From contig LVLI01000256.1 of the NCBI GenBank assembly GCA_001687465.1, positions 1-64,000 of the forward strand: 64,000 nt of DNA. The letters run 5' to 3'. This document shows, one piece after another, positions 1-9,919 of the stretch. The notes beneath the pieces were generated by a model. It was given only the letters and a program-made list of their open reading frames with translations. It had not been told where the DNA came from and did not search any database. The translations under genes were made by a program, and so were the position numbers. Each line of letters begins with the position of its first letter. The stretch's first letter is position 1. The DNA is from Halocafeteria seosinensis. Lineage: Eukaryota.

Positions 1-412
1 ACTCAATGAAACTACATGGTACTGAAACCAACGCAATTGCATCAGTTCGACGCTGGAGTTCCGTGAACTCTCCTCCGACCAATGAAAATTTAGCTTCCTT
101 AGATGTATCTTAATTGGGCATGAATCGGTGATAATAGAATAGTTAAGATGCGAACCAGTGACGTCAGGCCGTCCATACATTGGAGCACGACTCAAACGCT
201 AGTTTGAGTCTTACTCCTGGCCCGCGGCAGCGAAAAATTTTGTTGGTACTCTTACTCTTTTTCCTAAAGGGTTAATAGCTACAGGTATTACTCCTACTCC
301 CATGTAATATCCCTCTGACGGGTCGAACATACTCCCACTCCTTCGATATCGTGCTTTCGTCACCTCAAGCTACTCTAGGGTGGTTGGAACACGTTCCCGG
401 TGTGCCCAACGT

Positions 413-481
413 GCCCGTTCCCGGGCGCGCGCCCACCTCCGGGAACGGGAACGGAGAGCAAAGCTCTCTGTTCCCGGGAAC
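413..481. repeat. Left subterminal GGGAAC/GTTCCC repeat cluster
   Basis: Multiple CGGGAAC and GTTCCCG units in both orientations, including GTTCCCGGGAAC palindrome. Confidence 0.8.
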
Positions 482-627
482 TATTTCAAAAAAAAAGGCT
501 TAAAAAATATACGTGTGTGTGGATGGTTTGCACGACTAAAATGATGAAGTTACTCAGAATTCGACCGATACTTTGACAATCGTCTTCATCATTATGTTCG
601 TCAGACTTCGTATCTGAATCAGAAGAC

Positions 628-1848
628 TTGTGTGTTCGTTGTTTCGTTTCAAACACGGCTTGTAGCTGTGTGTTAGGACTGGAAGACCGAAGAGCTACTC
701 TGGCTGATTGTCAAATCGAGTTGATTCGCATGGGATACGATCTTGCTGAGGTAACCGAGACGGACAATGGAGTCGACTCTGAAGAAACGAAGGCTTTCAA
801 GCAGCATGTTACGACGTCATTCAACTTGAGATACAACGAGTATAGTGATCAGCTTTACACAGCTGCGCTGTCACTACATCCTCATTGCTCGACATTGGCC
901 TTTTTAGTTGTGCATGCTGCCGAGTCTATTGGCGCAACACTCCTCGAGTTTGCAGAGCAGCTCAACCTGGTCATCAATCCAGCTCAGGGGGTAAAATTCT
1001 TCGCCGAATACGGGAGATTCCTTGACGTCGAAGCTCCGTATGACAAACGGAATGACAAGACAATCGAGCCGGTAAAATGGTGGAGCAAAGTTGAAAGTTC
1101 GTACGACAAACTGAAGAAAGTCGCTCTACGACTCTTCAGCATTTCTCCAGGCTCTGCGGATGTCGAGAGACTCTTCTCCGCTGCAAACACGAGCAGAAGG
1201 AGCAACCTAAGTGTCAATAGTCTCACGAAAACGGCTAAGATGAAAACATACTTCCAGTCGGATACATGTCAGCGTACTGCTGAAAACGAACCACGCAGAA
1301 AGCCCTTATTGCTCCGCGAGCACCGCCGGGATAGAAACCTCGGTCTGCAAATCGCTGCCATGCTCAGCCTGCGAGAAGAGGACAAAGATGACTGGGATAC
1401 AATTGGAGCAGCTGAGGCTGCAGACTTGAGTGATTTCGAGGGCTTCGAAGATACCTCCGGTAAAGAGGATGAGACCAAGCTCTCTGAGGAAGATGTAGAC
1501 CTGGTGGACGTCTTTGAGCTGGACGTGGAAGAGTTCTTCGACGGCCGTGATAATCCACTGTACAGCATTGAAGATTTGCTCGAAGAAGCTAGTGAATGCC
1601 AAGCGTCGAATTTAGATGGAATCAAGGTTCTCAATGACTTCATTGTTGGCGATAATGAGCTTCATCGCTCCATAGTTCTTGGCTCCCCACCACCGGCGGT
1701 CGAACGAAAGAGGAGGGAACCGAAATGTTCGTCCAAACCTGACGCAAATTACAGGGAGAAGATCAATGCGAAGAGCTCGCAAAACAATATCTTTCCCAAA
1801 GGAACGTTGCATCGCTCTGCAAGAATACACATGTGGAAAGTAAAGTAG
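628..1848 (+). pseudogene. 5'-truncated hAT transposase (C-terminal dimerization domain)
   Basis: WWSKVESSYDKLKKVALRLFSISPGSADVERLFS matches the hATC motif; also AALSLHP and an acidic tail. No ATG start or N-terminal BED/DDE part; recognisable similarity starts at about 679. Confidence 0.85.
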
Positions 1849-1864
1849 TAAGATTTGCAGGTAT

Positions 1865-1939
1865 TCGTTCCCGGGAACGGCGGGAACGGGAACGGGAACG
1901 GCGAGTGGGCTCCGGGCACGGGAACGGGAAAGTCGGGAA
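1865..1939. repeat. Right subterminal CGGGAA(C) tandem repeat cluster
   Basis: GTTCCCGGGAAC followed by several CGGGAA units. Confidence 0.8.
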
Positions 1940-2140
1940 AATCGTCTGTTCCAGCCAGCCTAGCTCTATTAGACAGGAAAGTGGACTAACGACATCCTAT
2001 CCGGGCCAGCCGCCCGGACCCGGTCTTAAGCTGGAATTGTACTTCGTCACAAGTCATACCGTATGGTAGTGCAACCAAGTGGTCATATGTATGGAGCAGT
2101 ACCCCGACAGCTTTAAATAGTGCAAGTTGTCCCAATTAGT

Positions 2141-4522
2141 CTATTCAGAGGAAGAAGGAGTGCACCGAATTCGTCCTTCCACCTTAGGACAGATTGCGTA
2201 AGTCTTTCGCTCAGGAGTGTCTCGATCCAAAAGCCGTTTCCATTTGTTAGCTGCGGTTTGGACACAGCAATCCTTTGTAGCCTCTATTCCATTCAGAACC
2301 GCTGTATAATAAAATGCACAAACTGATCAGCAATAGCGAAAAGGGATGGCGTCTCAGTTGAATTCTTACAAAGTACTCGAAAATGATTCCGAATAACAGT
2401 GTCCAACACTATGCCATCCTCTTCGTCAATCACAACCTTAGAACCCTCTAACGTGTCATACCCGTCCTTTCCTTCCTTCAGATATGACTTGACGCCAAGA
2501 GTATAGCGCTTTTTCAGATCAAGCGGAGAGTCATCATCTGTGGACCACTCCTTGCAACAGCTAAAAATACCAGTGATCCAAGCTCCTACTACATACCTCC
2601 AACTCTAACAGAGGACAAATCTACACGATTATATGGGTCTTTGTTTGGATCAAAGGAAAACCTGATGCCAGATACCTGAAACATCAGAAACATGCATTGT
2701 ATGGGAGCAATTGGATCACTGTTCCACCGCTGCTCAGTACCTGGGGAAAACGGCCTTCCAGTTCTGGATATTTGCTCACACCATTTTCCAACGCCTCGAG
2801 CAACTGCCTTCCAGTTAGCTCTAGCTTGACGATTGGTTCGGGAACAGGGAACAGAGATACTAGGTGCCGCAAATTGAATTCACCCCTTGGGATAATCTGC
2901 AAGAGACACAACAACAAGAGACACTACAAGTAGACTCACACAAGCAACTGTTGAATACCAACGCATCTACAAACCTGATCAGCTCTAATGGTGCCAGAGT
3001 TTAACAAAGCAACATCTGAACAAAGAGCCTCTCTCATTAGATCAGCTGCAAGATTGCCTATGTTTGTCTCTTTCGTTCGAATGGAGCGAAACGTTGCATC
3101 GAGATCCACTGAAATAGCCAAAGTATGAATACACTATTAAGAAACTTATGATCATACACGATGCGGCTTACCATCCGTATAGCCAATGTTTTCGTCTAAA
3201 CTCTGCCCAAAGTTTTCCTTGAACTCACTTACTAGTCCTAAAGTTGCTTGGCATTTTGGTACCATCGCTGCGTGAAACTATATGCACATGATAACGTAAG
3301 ACGATAGCTTCTGAGACGCTACATACAGCTAACCAAGAATTGCTCTACTCTTATTTTATGGGAGTTCAGTTGGTAGCATATCGAAGAGAGCTGCCGGAAA
3401 TCCGTTCCAGACTTTATCAAAGGAGCCTTGAGGCCATTCTGTTCAACACAATAGCTATGATCATGTCCTCCGAGTATCAGCTCCACTCCTTGCACCTGTA
3501 TGTGCAGAAATTTCTGAGCATGAATGTTATTTAGGCATCTCTTCTCCATCACCTACATTTTTTGCTAAAACTAAATCGTTGCTTTTGCGCATATGAGTCA
3601 AAGCAATAACAACATCACAGTTCATGTCTTTCTTTAGCGCCGCAGCATACTCATTGGCGGTCTTTATAAAATCTCGGTAATTCACCTGTGGCGTTAACAG
3701 GACGCGTATTGTAGCATTACTTTCCCCCTTGGTACAGTGTCGAAGATAGAGAGCAGCATACCTGGGATGTATCGATAGACGCCAGCGTCAATAGCCATTC
3801 GTACTCTATAAGGCCAATTATGCCAATTCTCTTCCCCGTTTGAGCCATATTGATGACGATGTAGCGATAGCATTTACCCAATGGTTTCCCGGTCTCTTTG
3901 AGATCGCAATTGCTAAGAACCCATGGGAAATCTGTATGCAATGGCATTGACGTGACGAAACATGAAATAATTGCCAGACCCGGAGAGATGCAGAAAGCCG
4001 TTCTTACTTGTGCTCCTTCTCAAACTCTTGAAAACATCGAGACCGAAGTCAAAATCGTGGTTTCCGGGAACAGCCGCGTCAATTCCAGTTTCATTCAGAA
4101 TCGGTGGCATTTGTTTTCCGCGGCTAACTGTGCTCATGATACTGGGACTGAAGACATCTCCGGAGAACAGAACTAGCGCTTTATTTTCACATGTGAATTC
4201 CTCGTAATCGCGATATTCAGGTCTTTCGCGGCCGTCTCCTGATTGAGAGACTGGGGGCTGTCTGGCGTGATCGTTATAATCCTTGCCTTGCAGTTCCTTG
4301 ACGAGGCCGTTGAATGCTGCAGCTCCTCCTTGAGGGTATTTCTCTCGCTCTGCAAACCACACATGCCATGCGCGTATATGTAGACAGGGGGAAATCCATA
4401 TAGAAAAGTGAACGGCGTCAATTACCTTCGATGTTGTAGACATCATTGAAGTGGATAACCCGGAGTATCTCTGAGTCTCCTTCCTCTTTGAGATCTCCAT
4501 ACACGGCGGTAGGTTGAGACAT
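2141..4522 (-). CDS. 5'-nucleotidase / calcineurin-like metallophosphoesterase (multi-exon)
   Basis: Spliced by eye from MSQPTAVY: IHFNDVYNIE, SGDVFSPS, GNHDFD, GGHDH, ETNIGNLAAD, LNSGTIR, LENGVSKYPELEGRFPQ, GKDGY, C-terminal PKVEGRI; TAG at 2141-2143. Confidence 0.9.
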
Positions 4523-5149
4523 GTTTCCAATTCCCACGCGAGATCTCTCTACATAAAAGACGATACTATCCCAATCAATGCCACGAAAGTCGTCGAACTG
4601 GGGCTATTATCATCTTCTGTACCTTGTGAAGCTCGGCTGGATAGGAGATCGTGTATCCTATCCACAAGTGGACCACCACGGGCCATATTGTCACTTGCGG
4701 CAAATAAGGGAGGTTTAACAAGCTAATAAGTAAATAGACGGTGGCATCCGCTTCAAAACTTCAAAACTTTTGCCACCTTTGGTGCCTAAGTCGCTATGAC
4801 AAGGTGGAATTGTTGCCCATGTGACCGCGGTAACTCAGCACCAACACATTCCACAAGGATGGGGTCTTTGGCGGAAGAACTTGGATGACACAGATGCAAA
4901 AAGACAGGACTGAGGGTATAATTCATGTGGCAATGGAATCAGTGGTACACGAGTGTGTACACACAGTGGCTAAATGAAACCATCATGTACGTATATTACC
5001 GGGGAAAAAGATACAGGACTCCATCATTTCCCTGGGGTTAAAAGGATTCGAGCAATATATGCAGGAGCATAGGAGCAGGAAGGCCAAGAGAATTGACCAC
5101 TTCGATGAGGAGAACGGTTTGTGGCTTGTAGACTGGGTGGGAAACCTGA

Positions 5150-5930
5150 GCAGCGAAGACTTCACTTGGCACGCAAAGCATCAGCCTATAAATTCGGCAC
5201 CTGAATCTCTGATTGAATTTCGCCCTAACGACACGTAAGTTAAGGAGCAATTGGCGCGCAAAGCATCAGCCAAATTTTGGGCACCTACATCGCCAATCTG
5301 ATTCACTGATAAATCAATCGCCTGCACTGTCGTGTTCAGAAACAAAGAGTTCGCTACGACTTGTGTGCGTCTGTGTCATTCAAGTTCATGCCAGCAAGGC
5401 GAATTCGTCGCATTCCCTCGTTTCGTCGAATACAGCCGATAATTCCTTGCAGGGGTTAACGTGTTGGCACTACCGAGAATAGAGCAAATAGTACGCTCTC
5501 CGAAATCAGCAGTGACACACCGACCATCCAAGTGTTGAGCCCAAATATCACTGATCGGATTGCACCGTAAACGAAGTTCAATCAATGTCGCATTCGTATC
5601 ATGCAAGGCATCCGCCAAACTTTGAGCACCAGCATTACCGGTTTGATTTTGACTCGAATCAACCCCGGCCAATGCCGTACATGTATTGACACGCAAGGCA
5701 TCCGTCAGAGATTTAGCACCTGAATCACCGATGTGATTCCTGGATAAATAAATCTCAGTCAAATTTGTATTGACCCGCAATGTATCAGCCAAATGTTGAG
5801 CACCTGTATCACCGAGAAAAGTCATGAGGTCGCAACCCGGCATTTATGATTCATCTACTTCACCAATTGTGTTTGATGCAATGCTCCAATTTCTATGGGC
5901 AAAGAGTCTGGTGCAAAGCATTGGCCAAAT
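5150..5930 (-). pseudogene. Degenerate RI-type (NLRC3/RanGAP-like) leucine-rich repeat array
   Basis: Repeated units like NHIGDSGAKSLTDALRVNT and NQIGDVGAQNLADALRANC, interrupted by frameshifts and stops; boundaries approximate. Confidence 0.7.
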
Positions 5931-6386
5931 TGATGCTGGGTGGCGGTTTCCTGGTTCGAACTAACGCGCACGACTTGACGTTCATGTCGTCCCTCTCGTT
6001 GCCCGACCACTATTACGGTTCAAAGGAGCCCACAGATTGAACGAGAAGGATCAATGTGCCGTTCACCACGAGTGCAACTGCCTTGTTGACGCCATTTCTT
6101 CCAATTTTCAGGTTCTTGTTGGTATCATGCCAGTTCGGATGCAACTCCGAAACATTTCCATTTGTGCGGACGGCTGACTAAGGATAGGATTGGTACTCCT
6201 CACGGGAGTTGTCCAGGTAGAACCACGTCCATATATCTCTTAGTATGCTTTGCCAGGTGAAAACACAACACCTTTTACCAGCCATACATACTTCCCGTTA
6301 TACCGTTGTGGCTTCCTCCCAACGTCCGTATAGAAGAGCGAGCCTTGATTATGTGCAAGCGAAACGTAACTGTCGGTTCTCGGCGT

Positions 6387-7799
6387 TCACCTTATTGGAT
6401 CTCTCCCGGAGACGCGGAGTCCCTTTTTGATCCCATACTCTTGTGTAGCTGAACAACGGTGTATCACATCAGAGGCAAGCATATATCGCTCAAGCACTTG
6501 AGAGATAACGAAACATATAAGTTCGTTCACAGACACTCTGTCTGGTTGCTCGACGCGGCATTGTTCTAGAGCTTCTGAACACGAAAAAAGATCTCTCACA
6601 AAGACGAATCCTGCTTGTCGTATCCCACTTTCTTGAGACAATTGATGACTGAGCATGGTCATAACAGGAAACCAGATGTCCTTGGATAGTCGTTCAAAGA
6701 TAATCTTCCGGAATCGATTGGGATTCGACTCGTCCCTTAGTTGTCGCTTTACACTCGAATGATCCGACAACCGGCTTGACAATCTGCATACAGGACTTCG
6801 GAAAGAAGAGTCCACAAGCCAAGAGCAATCTCTATCAAAGAACCAGTGTAGGAGACCGACATCTTCCTTATCTTCTAGAAAAAGAAAGATATTCTCGAAC
6901 AACGTTTCCTTATGTTTGGCATTGTCACAAAACCATCGCTGATCTTCATGCATTGCCCAGGCACCATTGTCCATGGGTAATAAATGCCCATCTCGGTTGA
7001 GGTACCAGTTTTCATGCTTGACGCGGTCTGTGTTCAGGACAAGAAAATCCAATAAGTTCAGATTGAGTAAACTTTCCAAGAATCCCGGATCTTTGGATCG
7101 ACACTTCCGTCTAACTCTTGCAGGGTCGTTGACGTAGTCATCCCGATAGTCCATTAGGGCCCCAACTAGAATACCTTCGGCGTCGGGGAACGGAAACCAG
7201 CATTCCTCCCGAGGCTCCGAACTAACATCCCAATTGATGGCTTCTTTGGGCAGGATCATCCCCCTGCTGCGGGTTGTTTCCTGAATTCCAAAGAACTCGC
7301 CAATGGCCGACGCGACAATCTCAGGCCATGCTTGGCGACCGTACCAATCCACAAAATACGGTCGACACGAGAGTTTGAACATGTACTTCTTGGAGCAACC
7401 CGGAACTTGCACCAGGAAGATGTGGTCATTCTGGCCATTTTGAACCACCACTTTCTCGCTATTAGGTCGTTCAGACGATGCTGCCTCTGTAGTATGCCAG
7501 TCGCGAATCAGTCGTTCCAAATAAGGGCATTCAGGAAACTGGAATCTCTCCATAACTCTTTTCACAACCTTGAAGTCTTTGGTTCCTTTGAATGTTTCCC
7601 CCTCAATAGGCGTTCGCTTTCTGTCACCTCTCCATGGTTGCTGCCGAACGACGCTATAGCCGTTTGGGGAATCTAATGGATCTTGTGGCCCGGGTAAACT
7701 CTCCACAAACAAAAATAACAGCGTCATGTAGACGCATGTGAAGATGATTAATGCTCCAACCACATAATGCACTGATATACCGCAACTATTCTTTCTCAT
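6387..7799 (-). CDS. FAM20/four-jointed-like secretory-pathway kinase, intronless
   Basis: N-terminal signal anchor YVVGALIIFTCVYMTLLFLFV; motifs MFK, EIVASAIGEFFG, LDFLVLNTDR, LLPMDNG resemble FAM20C EIAAFHLD/DFLMGNMDR/HLDNG; first ATG at 7799. Confidence 0.7.
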   Translation of the reverse strand: MRKNSCGISVHYVVGALIIFTCVYMTLLFLFVESLPGPQDPLDSPNGYSVVRQQPWRGDRKRTPIEGETFKGTKDFKVVKRVMERFQFPECPYLERLIRDWHTTEAASSERPNSEKVVVQNGQNDHIFLVQVPGCSKKYMFKLSCRPYFVDWYGRQAWPEIVASAIGEFFGIQETTRSRGMILPKEAINWDVSSEPREECWFPFPDAEGILVGALMDYRDDYVNDPARVRRKCRSKDPGFLESLLNLNLLDFLVLNTDRVKHENWYLNRDGHLLPMDNGAWAMHEDQRWFCDNAKHKETLFENIFLFLEDKEDVGLLHWFFDRDCSWLVDSSFRSPVCRLSSRLSDHSSVKRQLRDESNPNRFRKIIFERLSKDIWFPVMTMLSHQLSQESGIRQAGFVFVRDLFSCSEALEQCRVEQPDRVSVNELICFVISQVLERYMLASDVIHRCSATQEYGIKKGLRVSGRDPIR

Positions 7800-7855
7800 T
7801 GACCACACTCATAGGTATATAATTCTTCATTATTAAATGTGTGTAAACATCAATC

Positions 7856-9693
7856 ATGGTACTGACGGAAAAACAAAGACAGGACCTGTATGTGATCTAG
7901 CCGCCAGGCTCGTTATCCCCCTTATCTATCATGCAATGCGTGTTTATGTGTCATTTTGCAGTCATTACGCCATTGCCGAATACTTGGAGAGCCAAGGGGA
8001 CCAGTTCGCTCAATCGGCAGCGCAATTCAGGAAAGAAGCACACATCGAAGAGGATCGAGGTACGGTGCTCGTCGTTCGTAACTCGGAGCCTCGAGTCGGA
8101 GGGTCCATACAGGAATTGCGCAGCTGCTACAGGTACCCGGACAGATGCTGGGGGATCTACGACACTAGAGAAGAAATGGGCATCGGTGGTCAAACTGCAG
8201 AAGAAGGTAAGGAACTAGTTTTCCCATTTGCTTGCTGACTGTAAGGAATACCTCCTACCTGCAGGTAATGGATCTGGAAAACAAGATCGCGAAATTAGAA
8301 GATGACGCTAGAGCGGCCGAGAAGGATGAAAGAGGAGCTGAGATTATTAGTAAAGAATTCCTCCCTTCCGTTCCCGCCAGGTATACCCTCTCTGGGCACC
8401 GTAAACCAGTGACTCATATCAAGTTTCACCCCTACTACAACGTTTGCGTTTCCGCTTCAGAAGACTCGACGATAAAGGTAGGATATTATTTTGCTTTCGG
8501 TAGAGTGCTTACCTATGCTAAAACGAGTTATATGTATTTCAGGTATGGGATACAGAGAGTGGCGAGTTAGAGCGAAGTTTACAGGGGCACACCAATGGCG
8601 TCGAGTGCGTAAGCTTCAACCAAAGCGGCAACCAGTTAGGTAAGGCTCAGCTCGTTTCCTCGAATTCTTGGAATTCTCTGTTTTCAATTACCCGCATCTG
8701 AACTCGCAGCGTCGGGCTCATCTGATTCGAGCATCAAGATCTGGAATTTTGGAAACAACAAACAATATAACTGCAAGAGGACCCTCCTCGGTCACGAACG
8801 ATCTGTTTCAGGGGTTGTGTGGACCCCAAATGGAGAGAAGATAGTTTCATGCAGTCGGGATGGAACAATTAAAATATGGAACTCCCATAGCGGGTGAGTT
8901 AACTTGTGTGTTCCTACCTCAGTGTCTCGTAGTGATTCTCTTCGTTTGCAGTATCTGCTTAGACACAATACGGGAGCACGAAGAATGGGTGAGGTGTATT
9001 GCGATCAACACCTCGGGCACCTTACTAGCGTCTGGATCCCAAGATCATACTGTCAAAATCCACGATCTAAATTCGAATCAAGTGGTGTGCGATTTCGCCG
9101 ACCACGAACACGTAGTCGAGAGCGTTGTCTTCTCTAATGAACAGCAAAGTCAACGACTCCGGGATGCAATTCGGAGGAAAAATTCGAAAGAGTCCGCAAT
9201 GAACTCGGGGCAGGCTATATCTGCAGCTGCTTTAGAAGCCTCTGGGGACTTCCTTCTAACAGCTTCCCGCGACTGCTCCATACGTTGTTACGATATAGCC
9301 AAGAAGGAATGCATAGCTGTTCTAGTACGTATTGGATGGTGCCTTTTGCGGTAACTCCTCATTAGTATACCTCAACTGAAATAAAATGGTGCAGAAGGGG
9401 CACGAGAATTGGGTACGAAAAGCCTTATTCCATCCCTGCGGACACCTTGTTGTAAGTGTGGCAGAGGACAAAACTCTCTCAGTCTGGGATGTGTGCGAGC
9501 AAAAGTATGTCTACGTATCAGATACGCTGGAGGTCAATGATAACATTACCGTTTTCCGACTGTTTGCAGGAGAGTAAGAGAATTGAAAGATGCCCATTCT
9601 CACTTTATTAGTGCTTTAGATGTCCATCCTAGACAGCCCCTTCTTGCAACAGGAGGTGTAGATTCTCTGATTCGCCTCTGGGGCTGCAAATAA
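7856..9693 (+). CDS. LIS1: Lissencephaly-1 homolog (LisH + coiled coil + WD40), dynein regulator
   Basis: MVLTEKQRQDL|HYAIAEYL, LEKKWASVVKLQKK|VMDLE, GHRKPVTHIKFHP, GHENWVR WD40 repeats; canonical introns. Confidence 0.93.
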
Positions 9694-9919
9694 TACCACT
9701 CCATAATGAATTATAGCTGTACGATGCCATCTTAATGGCCGTATGAAAGATATACTTTTAACTTTGAGCAGATCTTCCCGACAATGCCGCTTCCGCACTA
9801 GAGTTAACCGAAGTTGAACTCCTTCTCGATTTCATACCAGCCCACCACAACGACTCCAGTCTCAGGTTTGATAATTTATGTGACTTTTGTCTGAAGCAAA
9901 CCCCAATTTGCATTTCATC

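Larger units (their letters stand above)
376..1962 (+). mobile_element. Non-autonomous/defective hAT DNA transposon
   Basis: 16-bp imperfect inverted termini TAGGGTGGTTGGAACA (376-391) and TGTTCCAGCCAGCCTA (1947-1962), 2 mismatches. GGGAAC/GTTCCC subterminal repeats at both ends and an internal hAT transposase 3' half. No matching 8-bp TSD (AGCTACTC vs GCTCTATT). Confidence 0.8.

Noticed and set aside
4638..4777. Hairpins TGGATAGGA/TCCTATCCA and GGTGGCA/TGCCACC upstream of the 5'-nucleotidase
   Set aside because: Single-copy short stems, compatible with chance in 64 kb
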